IMG/VR virus record: IMGVR_UViG_2820089333_000004
Coordinates: 12,344 to 76,343 of that record
DNA: 64,000 bases
Strand: one strand, 5' to 3'
From: a virus
In this document: positions 1-8,721 of the stretch, in pieces
Numbering within the stretch: position 1 is the stretch's first letter
How the letters are laid out: the number at the start of each line of letters is the position of its first letter
Made by a program: the position numbers and the translations under genes
Notes under the pieces: generated by a model
Seen by the model: the letters and a program-made list of their open reading frames with translations, nothing else
Told to the model about the DNA's origin: nothing
Database searches by the model: none

Positions 1-279
1 ATGCTTGGGCAGGAGATCACGGCAAACTGCATCAAGAACAAGGTCAGTAGGCCGTTCATGCGGGCGAAGTGGGAATTTCGCTTCCGTGAGGATGGCACCG
101 GCTACTTTGACGTAGTTAGCTCGCTGCTGGACTTCCTCGTTGATCGTGGCGTTATTGCCTCGTCTGGCCCTCGCGTTACCTGGACGGATGGTAAGAGCTA
201 TTTCAAAAAACAACTCGTCGCCAAAATCGAGGAAGAAACTGATGGCTACGAACAGTTGAAAGCGCTGTTGCCTAAATAA
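1..279 (+). CDS. recA: RecA/UvsX-like recombinase, C-terminal part (likely truncated by window)
   Basis: KNKVSRPF matches the RecA C-terminal KNKvxxPf motif; followed by SbcCD and RuvC genes. Confidence 0.75.
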   Translation: MLGQEITANCIKNKVSRPFMRAKWEFRFREDGTGYFDVVSSLLDFLVDRGVIASSGPRVTWTDGKSYFKKQLVAKIEEETDGYEQLKALLPK

Positions 280-332
280 CCCAAATGACTGCTCCCCTAT
301 AATTTGATTGCATTCACTGTAGGGGAGCAATC

Positions 333-683
333 ATGAATTTTCGCGTTATTGGCTTTATCCCGCCCATAATTGGCACAGAAGGCGAATTTAATACGTTTCG
401 CTTGGGAGGCTTTTACCACAAGAATCTTTCCATTGGAGAAACTGTGCTTCTCCTGAATGAGAAAGAGAAAATGGTTTTCGGTCGGGCAACGGTTCAAAGA
501 ATTGGGTTTGGAAAGCTTGGTGAAATGTTGGCGCTTCATGCGGCAACAAACCATACCGAGATTGGCAACGATTCAGAAACGGCGTCCGAAAGGTTGGGTG
601 AAACAATCCGCCGCATTTATGGGCCGCATATTGCTACACCCAACAAGAAAACGACGGTGATTTTCATGAAGAGGACTGAATGA
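333..683 (+). CDS. hypothetical protein (possible ASCH/PUA-like fold)
   Basis: GGGGAG RBS; ATGA coupling to next ORF; IGETVLL..GRATV pattern loosely ASCH-like. Confidence 0.6.
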   Translation: MNFRVIGFIPPIIGTEGEFNTFRLGGFYHKNLSIGETVLLLNEKEKMVFGRATVQRIGFGKLGEMLALHAATNHTEIGNDSETASERLGETIRRIYGPHIATPNKKTTVIFMKRTE

Positions 684-1030
684 GTATTGGCATTGACGAT
701 ACATTTAAATTCGGCAAACACAAGGGAAAGACATTTGCCGAAGTGATGCTGATCTCGGACGGGCCGGGCTGGTGCGCTTGGCTCCGCTCCGAAAAGAAGA
801 AAACCTCGGGCGTCACTGGCTTCAGCAAGGAGGCCAACGACGTGATCGACGAGGCGATCCGCAACGACAGATACCTGCGGTCGAAGTTCCAGATCGAAAA
901 CATGACGCCGACCGATCTTGAGAAGGCAATCAAGCGTCAGGTCGATGCAGCGGCCAAAGCAGCGGCAGAGGAAGAAAGAGCCGTTGCGGTGCGTGATCTC
1001 GCCTATGCCGGCCAGTGGGGAGCGTGGTGA
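680..1030 (+). CDS. DUF3820/ExoX C-terminal-like protein
   Basis: N-terminal FKFGKHKGKTFAEV motif. Confidence 0.65.
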   Translation: MSIGIDDTFKFGKHKGKTFAEVMLISDGPGWCAWLRSEKKKTSGVTGFSKEANDVIDEAIRNDRYLRSKFQIENMTPTDLEKAIKRQVDAAAKAAAEEERAVAVRDLAYAGQWGAW

Positions 1031-1031
1031 C

Positions 1032-1448
1032 ATGCCGAAGATCGTGTCTCGACGCCGACATGAGCGCAACGGCAAGTTCTACGGCCTCTGGCTGGAGTTC
1101 GACAGCGGCGAAAAGCTCTATGTTGCCTACCGCAAGGGCGTTGGACTTCGCACCACGGGCTACTTCCAAAAGACAAATTCCTGGTGCATCGACACCATGA
1201 CGCTCAACCACGCCACCGCTACGGGCGTGAAGTGGATCGCGGTCATCCACGATGTAGGCAAAGGGACGCGACACTATTACTCGACGCCCATCGAGGATTT
1301 TTACGGCCCGCGCTCCGGGGTTCATAGCGAAGGCAGCACCAGACAGCGGTTCTTGCCACGCGCCTTCTGGCTGAACAATCCCTACACTGATCCAGAGTTG
1401 ATCGAAAAGAAGGTCAAGATCGCCGGGCGTGTTGCCAGAAAAATATAG
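1032..1448 (+). CDS. hypothetical protein
   Basis: ATG 1 nt after previous stop; phage-like codon usage. Confidence 0.65.
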   Translation: MPKIVSRRRHERNGKFYGLWLEFDSGEKLYVAYRKGVGLRTTGYFQKTNSWCIDTMTLNHATATGVKWIAVIHDVGKGTRHYYSTPIEDFYGPRSGVHSEGSTRQRFLPRAFWLNNPYTDPELIEKKVKIAGRVARKI

Positions 1449-1507
1449 TAAATCCTGACTATAATCAGTAGACTTGCGGTTATCGCATCACAAATCAGGG
1501 AGAATCA

Positions 1508-1915
1508 ATGACATTGACAACCGCCATGCTGTGTATGGCATTGAACATCTACCATGAATCTAGGGGAGAGCCGCTTGGCGGCCAACATGCTGTGGCGCAA
1601 GTAACCTTCAACCGCGCTGGCCGTGACCCGGACAGGGTGTGCGAGGAAGTGTTCAAGCCAAAGCAATTTTCGTGGGCCAACAAGCTGACAGCGGCAAAGG
1701 GGGTGGAGCGCGAGCGTTTGGCGCTGCACTATATGCCGAAAGACAAGAAGGCGTGGAATGTCGCTAGAGGCATCGCGTATCATACAATCAACGGCAATGT
1801 CGCTGACTTTACGAATGGTGCCAAGTTCTACCACGCCAATACGGTGCGCCCAGTGTGGCGTCACGAGTTCAAGTTGGTTGCTGTCATCGGCAATCATTTT
1901 TTTTACACTGCGTAA
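1508..1915 (+). CDS. SleB/Hydrolase_2 cell-wall hydrolase
   Basis: CMALNIYHESRGE, QFSW, FYHA..VRPVW, IGNHFFY motifs. Confidence 0.9.
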   Translation: MTLTTAMLCMALNIYHESRGEPLGGQHAVAQVTFNRAGRDPDRVCEEVFKPKQFSWANKLTAAKGVERERLALHYMPKDKKAWNVARGIAYHTINGNVADFTNGAKFYHANTVRPVWRHEFKLVAVIGNHFFYTA

Positions 1916-1935
1916 TCTAGTAAGGGTTTATTAGA

Positions 1936-2283
1936 ATGAAAAAAGTCCAAGTGTGCACGTCTTGTGGATCGCCCAACGTCTCGGTTGACGCGAGCTTCCA
2001 TCTGAACACCAAAGAGGTTGATCTCCACGATCAATGCTACTGCCGCAACTGCGATGGCGGGTGCAAGGTGGAAGAGGTCGAAGTTGAGGATGATTTCGAC
2101 GCGAGGACGGATTTCTACTTGGAGAACGTCTATGTCTCCAAGCTGGAGAGTTTATGGGATACCGTTTCCAAAATGGTGGAGTGCGGCTGGCTTGATCAAT
2201 ACCGAGGACATGTCGGCTACGAGGATTTGGTTAATGCAATGGTTGAACTGAATTGTATCAACGCCAAGATTGCGAGGGTGTGA
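1936..2283 (+). CDS. Zn-ribbon protein (paralog of next ORF)
   Basis: KKVQVCTSCGSPNVS..CRNC..VEVEDDFD. Confidence 0.7.
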   Translation: MKKVQVCTSCGSPNVSVDASFHLNTKEVDLHDQCYCRNCDGGCKVEEVEVEDDFDARTDFYLENVYVSKLESLWDTVSKMVECGWLDQYRGHVGYEDLVNAMVELNCINAKIARV

Positions 2284-2285
2284 TT

Positions 2286-2732
2286 GTGAAAAAAGTTCTT
2301 GTTTGCCAGATTTGTGGGTCGCCCCAAGTTTCCATCAGTCCAAATGTTTACAACAAACAGGACAGATACGAACACGCCATTTGTGCCAGTTGCTCAAGGC
2401 AACCAGACCCGGCAGTATGGGTCGAAGTGGATGACGACTTTGACACCTATTCGGATCGCTACGACTGGTCAAAAGACGAAAACAAGCACGTTGATGCTTA
2501 TTTGATGAGTTTTGAGTTATCGGATGAGAACTTTTGGCACGAGGGTCGAGTTTTAACCGAAGATGAGGCTCGGTATATCAAAAGGTTGGAGGAATTAAGT
2601 CAAATGATTGTTGATGCAATGTGTTTCGGAACGCGCATTAGGGCCGAAGATTACAACAATTTGACAGAAGCGACGGATTACTTGGACAGCGTTCGCGCTG
2701 GACTTGATCATCACGAAGATGAGGAAGAATGA
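2286..2732 (+). CDS. Zn-ribbon protein (paralog of previous ORF)
   Basis: GTG start; KKVLVCQICGSPQVS..CASC..VEVDDDFD. Confidence 0.7.
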   Translation: MKKVLVCQICGSPQVSISPNVYNKQDRYEHAICASCSRQPDPAVWVEVDDDFDTYSDRYDWSKDENKHVDAYLMSFELSDENFWHEGRVLTEDEARYIKRLEELSQMIVDAMCFGTRIRAEDYNNLTEATDYLDSVRAGLDHHEDEEE

Positions 2733-3280
2733 AAATGAAAGAAATTGAAGAATGGAGGGATGTGCCTGGTTATGAGAGGCTGTATCAAGTTTCAAACCAG
2801 GGCAGGGTTCGAGTGCTAGACCGGCACATTAGGTATCCGAGCGGCAAAACGCGCTTCAAGCCAGGCCACGAACTGAAGCCTCAAGCAATCGGAAAGCTCG
2901 GACACTTGAAAATCGTTCTTTACAAGAACTCCAACTCAAAAAGTCGCCTTGTTCATCACTTGGTTCTTGAAGCGTTTGTTGGCGCACGTCCTGACGGTAT
3001 GGAGTGCTGTCACGGTGATGGCAATCCAATCAACAACAAAGTCGAAAATCTGCGATGGGATACGTCAGCGGCCAACAACGCTGACAAAACTCTGCACGGC
3101 ACACAAAACACCGGCTCTAAGCATGGTTTAGCAAAGCTGGATGAATTTCGGGTGGCAGAAATTAAAAAACGACTCGATGCTGGCGAGAGTCAGCGAAGTA
3201 TCGCTGTTTATTTTGGCATTCACCAAGTCAATGTAAGCAAAATCAATCGCGGCCTTCTCTGGTCGCATGTGGAAGGTTAA
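2729..3280 (+). CDS. free-standing NUMOD4-HNH homing endonuclease with C-terminal HTH
   Basis: EEWRDVPGYERLYQVSNQGRVR (NUMOD4), VHHLVLEAF..CHGDGNPINNKVENLRW (HNH). Confidence 0.92.
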   Translation: MKMKEIEEWRDVPGYERLYQVSNQGRVRVLDRHIRYPSGKTRFKPGHELKPQAIGKLGHLKIVLYKNSNSKSRLVHHLVLEAFVGARPDGMECCHGDGNPINNKVENLRWDTSAANNADKTLHGTQNTGSKHGLAKLDEFRVAEIKKRLDAGESQRSIAVYFGIHQVNVSKINRGLLWSHVEG

Positions 3281-3282
3281 TT

Positions 3283-4335
3283 ATGCGCCCCTACGGCCTA
3301 ATCGCTGATCTGCACCTTCATTCGTGGTCTGCCTTTTCCACGGTCAACGACGACGGCGTTAATTCCCGCCTGCGGATTCTCTTGAGTGAGATCGCTCGCT
3401 GCGCCAACGAAGTCAGAAAGGCTGGCGGCGATACCATCATCATCGCCGGCGATATGTTCCATGTGCGCGGCAGCGTTGCGCCATCCGTGCTGAACCCGAC
3501 GATGGACGTGCTTCGCAAGTTGATTGGATTGGATTTTCGTTTTGTCGTTCTGGCTGGAAACCATGATCTTGAAGGAAAAGAAGCCAACCGGCTTGGTTCC
3601 GCCATTACCGCACTCGAAGGCGTTGGCTGCACGGTGGTTAATGAGATACTGGACGGTCTTGACTGCGTGCTGGTCCCCTGGATACAGGATGTCGGGCTTT
3701 TGAAGGTGCAGATCGAAACCATCGTCGCCAGCCGCAGTGACAGGGACGAAGTGGATTTGATCCTGCACGCGCCAATCGACGGCGTGATCCCCGGTCTGCC
3801 CGATCATGGCCTCGCGCCCGATTACCTTGGCACGCTTGGATTTCGCTCAGTCTATGCCGGCCACTACCACCATCACAAGGAGTTCGACGGTTCCATCTAC
3901 TCCATCGGCGCGCTGGCCCATCACACATGGAGCGACATTGGCACGAAGGCGGGCTTTTTGATCGTTGGTGACGGCGGGCCAAGGTGGTTCAAGAGCCATG
4001 CGCCGGAATTTGTCGAAATCACCGCCGAAACCGATCCGGGAGAAATCCCGCTGCTGGCAGATGGCAACTATTGCAGGGCGAAGATCAACTCGACCAAGGT
4101 GAAGGACGTAGAGGAACTTCGTGCTTACCTGACTAGCTGTGGCGCAAAGGGCGTGGTCATTCTGGCGCAGAAAGAGGCGACCGCGACGGCCCGCGAGGGT
4201 GGGGCGACGATCAAAGCCGGCGCTTCGCTCGACGTGAGCGTTGCCGATTTCATCAAGGCGCAGGGCTACAGCAATCCCGAAAGGCTGGCCGTGCTGTGTC
4301 AGGACATTTTGAACGAAACAAAGGGTGCGGCATGA
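3283..4335 (+). CDS. sbcD: SbcD/Mre11-like metallophosphoesterase nuclease
   Basis: ADLH, AGD, GNHD, GHYH motifs; coupled to SbcC. Confidence 0.9.
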   Translation: MRPYGLIADLHLHSWSAFSTVNDDGVNSRLRILLSEIARCANEVRKAGGDTIIIAGDMFHVRGSVAPSVLNPTMDVLRKLIGLDFRFVVLAGNHDLEGKEANRLGSAITALEGVGCTVVNEILDGLDCVLVPWIQDVGLLKVQIETIVASRSDRDEVDLILHAPIDGVIPGLPDHGLAPDYLGTLGFRSVYAGHYHHHKEFDGSIYSIGALAHHTWSDIGTKAGFLIVGDGGPRWFKSHAPEFVEITAETDPGEIPLLADGNYCRAKINSTKVKDVEELRAYLTSCGAKGVVILAQKEATATAREGGATIKAGASLDVSVADFIKAQGYSNPERLAVLCQDILNETKGAA

Positions 4336-6281
4336 AGATCAACAAACTCTCCATCTCGAACTTCCTGACCATCGGCAGAGCCGACATCGAACTGGATGAT
4401 CGTGGACTGCTCTTGATTCAGGGCGTCAATGACGACGACCCGTCTGCCGAATCCAACGGCGCTGGCAAGTCCTCTGTGGTCGATGCGCTGTGTTGGGGCA
4501 TCTACGGAACAACCGCTCGCGGCGTGTCTGGTGACGCAGTGGTCAACAAGACGACCAAGAAGGATTGCTGCGTTCATATAACGATGACTGACTGCAACCA
4601 GCAATACCGCATCGTGCGCTGGCGCAAGGGAACGAACCACAAGAATAGCGTTTCTGTTTATGAGAAGGATTTGACGACCGGCGCCGAGATGGATCTGTCG
4701 AAGGGAACCGACAGAGAAACACAGGAGGTCATCGGCAAGGTGATGGGTTGTAGCCTCGACGTGTTCATGGCCGCCGTCTATGCGGGCCAGGAACGAATGC
4801 CCGATCTGCCGGGTATGACCGATAAGATGCTCAAGACGCTGATTGAGGAAGCTGCTGGCGTTGAAGTGCTGACCGAGGCTTATGCAACGGTTCGTGACCG
4901 CTACAACAGGCAGAAGTCCATTGTCGATGCGCTGGCGGCAACGCAAACCACCGCTATCGGCAACGGTGCGCGCCTGTCCAACGAGGTTGCGCAGTTGGAG
5001 GTCAACTCGGAAGATTTCGAGAAGGGTCGGCGGGATCGTGCGAAAGCCGAGCTTGCCAAGACGATCCCGATCAATGATGAAATCAGCCGCGCCACGACCG
5101 CGCTCAAGACATGGGACGAAGCCGCCAGCCGCGTCGATCTGGACAAGATCGACGCGAAACTCAAGGCGCACAAAACCGAAGAGGCTGAACGTAACAGGCT
5201 GGATACGATTGTCCGTGCGCTTGACATGCAGGTGGCGTCGGCCAAGTCGGCTGTCGCGCTCAAGAAGCGCGAAACGGACGCCGCAGAAGCGTCGCTCAAG
5301 AGCATCGAGGAGCAGATCGGCAAGCCGTGCGGTGAGTGTGGCAAGGTCTATTGCGAACACGACATGGAAGCGGCTCGCAAGGCTCGTCAGGAAACCATCG
5401 CCGAACTCAAGAAAACTCTGCTGACCGCCGCGAGTGAGGCAAAAGCGCTGGTTGCAAGGGCGAACGAAGCGCAAGAGAGCGCCGTGAAGTTCAAAGCGGG
5501 CATGACCGACGTGACCGCTGTGGCGCTGCGACAACGCGAATTGAGCAACCTGCTGAATTCGATTGATGCAAGTAAGCGCATGATCGAATCGAAGCGCAAG
5601 GACATCGAAAACATCAAGGCGGTTGCGAACGCAAAGTTAACCGAGACGAACCCCTGGACGAAGGCGGTTGAGTCGAAGCGTCAGGAAATCAGGCACAACG
5701 ATGCGACACTCTCGGAGATGTCAGAACGTATCGGCAAGGCGGGCGAGGAACTGGAACTGCTGGCCGACGCGGTGAAGGTATTTGGCCCCGCCGGTGTTCG
5801 CGCCCACATCCTCGACACTGTGACGCCTTACCTGAACGATCGGACGCGGGATTATCTCGGTGCGTTGGCCGATGGGAACATTCACGCGACCTGGACGACG
5901 CTTGCCAAGACGGCGAAGGGTGAACTCAAGGAAAAATTCAACATCGGCGTGACCAACGACAAGGGCGCCGAGTCCTTCGCGGGTCTGTCTGGTGGCGAGA
6001 AGCGCAAGGTGCGACTGGCGACGGCAATGGCCTTGCAGGACATGGTGGCAAGTAGGGCAATCAAGCCTATCGACATCTTCGTCGCCGACGAGGTAGATCA
6101 CGCTCTCGACGAAGCCGGCCTGGAGCGACTGATGGGCATTCTTGACCGCAAGGCCCGCGAGCGCGGCACTGTGCTGGTCATCAGCCACAACTCACTGTCT
6201 GACTGGATCGACTCCGTTATCACGGTGACAAAAGCTGCCGGCCTCGCTACGGTAAGCGGCGCGGTGGCGCGTGGATTTTGA
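4332..6281 (+). CDS. sbcC: SbcC/Rad50-like SMC ATPase
   Basis: Walker A NGAGKSS, coiled coil with CGEC Zn hook, LSGGEK signature, Walker B FVADE; ATGA overlap. Confidence 0.92.
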   Translation: MKINKLSISNFLTIGRADIELDDRGLLLIQGVNDDDPSAESNGAGKSSVVDALCWGIYGTTARGVSGDAVVNKTTKKDCCVHITMTDCNQQYRIVRWRKGTNHKNSVSVYEKDLTTGAEMDLSKGTDRETQEVIGKVMGCSLDVFMAAVYAGQERMPDLPGMTDKMLKTLIEEAAGVEVLTEAYATVRDRYNRQKSIVDALAATQTTAIGNGARLSNEVAQLEVNSEDFEKGRRDRAKAELAKTIPINDEISRATTALKTWDEAASRVDLDKIDAKLKAHKTEEAERNRLDTIVRALDMQVASAKSAVALKKRETDAAEASLKSIEEQIGKPCGECGKVYCEHDMEAARKARQETIAELKKTLLTAASEAKALVARANEAQESAVKFKAGMTDVTAVALRQRELSNLLNSIDASKRMIESKRKDIENIKAVANAKLTETNPWTKAVESKRQEIRHNDATLSEMSERIGKAGEELELLADAVKVFGPAGVRAHILDTVTPYLNDRTRDYLGALADGNIHATWTTLAKTAKGELKEKFNIGVTNDKGAESFAGLSGGEKRKVRLATAMALQDMVASRAIKPIDIFVADEVDHALDEAGLERLMGILDRKARERGTVLVISHNSLSDWIDSVITVTKAAGLATVSGAVARGF

Positions 6282-6303
6282 ATACCCGAATGGAATATAA
6301 GCA

Positions 6304-6792
6304 ATGAGTGACACATTGGCCGACAGCCGAATTGAGCAGATTGTCGAGGAGATAAACGACAGGATCGCGGTGAGAAATCTCGCGGCGAGAAGAAATACGG
6401 GAGAAAACACCGACCACAACTCCGCTCGCTTTATGCTGACCGAATCCATCGTTCTCACAGTCAAGAAAGCAAACAAGCCTGATTACTCGAAGAAAGAGCA
6501 TACGGGCGGCGAGGAGTTTATGGCGCTTCGCTGCTATGCAAGTAAGCGTGGCGGCTTGATCTACGTTTTCAGACCGCTGCAAGTGGCCGACTATGCGGAA
6601 ATGGAAATGACGGAGAGTGCCGCTAAGAAGTCGCTGTCTGGCTTTGAGGCTTGGCTGAAAACCATCGTCGATTCCAGTCTCGACCGGGAATGCCGCGATG
6701 CGCAGAATGAAGCGTCGATTGAGGCCGAACGGGATAAGTTGATGGCTACCCGTGCCGAAGAATACGCCCATCTTGGGTTTGGAACATGGTGA
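6304..6792 (+). CDS. hypothetical protein
   Basis: ORF in operon context. Confidence 0.65.
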   Translation: MSDTLADSRIEQIVEEINDRIAVRNLAARRNTGENTDHNSARFMLTESIVLTVKKANKPDYSKKEHTGGEEFMALRCYASKRGGLIYVFRPLQVADYAEMEMTESAAKKSLSGFEAWLKTIVDSSLDRECRDAQNEASIEAERDKLMATRAEEYAHLGFGTW

Positions 6793-6814
6793 GCAAGCTA
6801 AAGGAGAGACAAAC

Positions 6815-7147
6815 ATGACCAAAAAGGTAATCAATTTCAATATTTCCGCCGCTGATGATGATTTGATCCACAAGATTGTCCTTCGCTGCGAGGAGGCTGG
6901 CACAACGAAGCTGGAGGATCGTCTGACGCTCGAAATGGATATGGCAGCGTGCCACGCCAGCATTTGCAAGCTCGACCTCAGAGCCATGCTTGAGTGGAGG
7001 GGCAGCATGTTCGATCTAACCCATGACGTGCTTGGCATTCACAACCTTCTTGACCGCGAGACAGGAGGGTTCGAGACGGGCAACCCGTTTCGTCATCACT
7101 GGTGGCCGCGCTTTGCCGTAGTCGGGAGATGCCATGACGGACATTGA
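6815..7147 (+). CDS. hypothetical protein (DUF6874-like)
   Basis: AAGGAG RBS; DMAACH..LDL..FDLTHDVLGI..LDRETG pattern. Confidence 0.65.
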   Translation: MTKKVINFNISAADDDLIHKIVLRCEEAGTTKLEDRLTLEMDMAACHASICKLDLRAMLEWRGSMFDLTHDVLGIHNLLDRETGGFETGNPFRHHWWPRFAVVGRCHDGH

Positions 7148-7517
7148 AATCTACCGCGCACTGCCGGAAGCCGAGCGCGAGCGTCTTGGCTTTGCTGCGT
7201 GGAAACACGAACGGCGTCAAGGCACACATGGGCCAGACTGTCATCGTTGGGGGTCAAGTCATTATGACTGTCTGCTGTCCGAGTATGACAAGCTCGATAG
7301 CAGCTATGGGCTTTTGGAGTATGAGTCTGTGGCGTTGAAGAAGAAAGCCGAGCGATATGAGCGCATTCGCACCCTCAACCCGCGTGAATACAGTGAGCTT
7401 TGGACGCGCCATATTTCGACAGGCGAGCGGTTTGACGACTTGGTTGACGCCAAGTTTGCAGAGGTTCGGAAGAATACAGAAATGCAGAAGCACAGAATTG
7501 CAGAAATGAGGAGATGA
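7134..7517 (+). CDS. hypothetical protein
   Basis: GGGAG RBS, overlaps upstream stop. Confidence 0.6.
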   Translation: MTDIEIYRALPEAERERLGFAAWKHERRQGTHGPDCHRWGSSHYDCLLSEYDKLDSSYGLLEYESVALKKKAERYERIRTLNPREYSELWTRHISTGERFDDLVDAKFAEVRKNTEMQKHRIAEMRR

Positions 7518-7520
7518 AGA

Positions 7521-7769
7521 GTGGCACTCATTGAAAACGCCGTCAGGGTCAAAGGCAAGACCGTAATCGACTTAAATGGCCCAAGTGGAAATGCCTATGC
7601 TTTGCTCTCAATCGCCCGGTATCACGCCAGAAAACTTGAACTGAACTGGCCGAAAATTGAGGCAGAAATGACCAGTGGCGACTTTCGACATCTTGTTGAG
7701 GCGTTCGACAAGCACTTTGGCGCGTTCATCGACCTGGCTCTGCCCGACGACTGGAGCGACTGCGAATGA
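7521..7769 (+). CDS. hypothetical protein
   Basis: GAGGAG RBS, GTG start; IDLNGPSGNAYALL motif common in phage small proteins. Confidence 0.65.
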   Translation: MALIENAVRVKGKTVIDLNGPSGNAYALLSIARYHARKLELNWPKIEAEMTSGDFRHLVEAFDKHFGAFIDLALPDDWSDCE

Positions 7770-8332
7770 AAATCATCGGCTGTGATCCAAGTTTACGCAA
7801 CTTCGGCATCGTGACCGCCGATCTGAACATCGACACGATGGAGTTCAAGATTCAGGAAATGCGCCTGATCGAATCTGAGGACAATGCGAAGAAGGCCAAG
7901 ACGGTTCGCAAGAACTCCGACGACCTGCGCCGCGCCAGAGCGCTGCATGAGGGCTTTGTGGCCGCTTGTCAGGGCGCGGGTATGGCGTTCATAGAAGTGC
8001 CGGTCGGCTCGCAATCCGCTCGCGCAATGGCATCCTACGGCATCTGTATCGGTGTCCTGGCGGCTTGCCCCGTGCCGATGATTCAACTGACTCCAACTGA
8101 GGTGAAGTTGGCAATGACTGGCGAGAAAACCGCCACGAAGGATGAAATGATCGAGGCTGCGGTAAAGGCTCACCCGGAGGCAAAGTGGCTGACCCGCAAG
8201 CTAGGCGGCAAACTTTCCCTTATCAGCAGCAACGAACACCTGGCCGACGCCACTGGTGCGATCATGGCTGGTCTGAAAACGGATGAATTCAGAGCGATTT
8301 TGGCAACCCTACGCTGCCTTCGGGCCGCCTGA
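7766..8332 (+). CDS. ruvC: RuvC-like Holliday junction resolvase
   Basis: IIGCDPS, FIEVP, PTEVK..TG..TATKDEM, HLADA catalytic pattern. Confidence 0.88.
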   Translation: MKIIGCDPSLRNFGIVTADLNIDTMEFKIQEMRLIESEDNAKKAKTVRKNSDDLRRARALHEGFVAACQGAGMAFIEVPVGSQSARAMASYGICIGVLAACPVPMIQLTPTEVKLAMTGEKTATKDEMIEAAVKAHPEAKWLTRKLGGKLSLISSNEHLADATGAIMAGLKTDEFRAILATLRCLRAA

Positions 8333-8364
8333 TCCATCTGGTCAGTGTTGACTACACTTAAGAC

Positions 8365-8643
8365 ATGACGCACGACACGAAAACGCTCATGATTCCAGCC
8401 AGCGTCCTTGAAACAACTCGTCGTTATTGCGACGATACGATTTTGCTGAAAATCGTAATTCACCCGCGTAGCGTGGCTGAGTTAGCTTGGATTGGCGAAT
8501 CACTCAAGAAGAACAGCAACCGCCTTGTTGTGTTTCCTGACGGCAGCCCAATCATGCACCCGGCGAGTGAACGCCCGTCGCCCAAGATCGACGTGTTGCG
8601 AGCCAAAACAGACGTGCCTGTCGCGGTGGTCGATCACTGGTAG
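8365..8643 (+). CDS. hypothetical protein
   Basis: directly after operator at 8339. Confidence 0.55.
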   Translation: MTHDTKTLMIPASVLETTRRYCDDTILLKIVIHPRSVAELAWIGESLKKNSNRLVVFPDGSPIMHPASERPSPKIDVLRAKTDVPVAVVDHW

Positions 8644-8721
8644 CCTTATATGGCGGTATAGTAAGCGTTTACTATAAAATCGCCATTCAAATTTACAACC
8701 ACAACAACTAGGAGTATCAAA

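Noticed and set aside
4299-5534. Long antisense ORFs (also 16217-17464, 45689-46759, 52611-54413 and others)
   Set aside because: Shadow frames of GC-rich coding genes with no motifs
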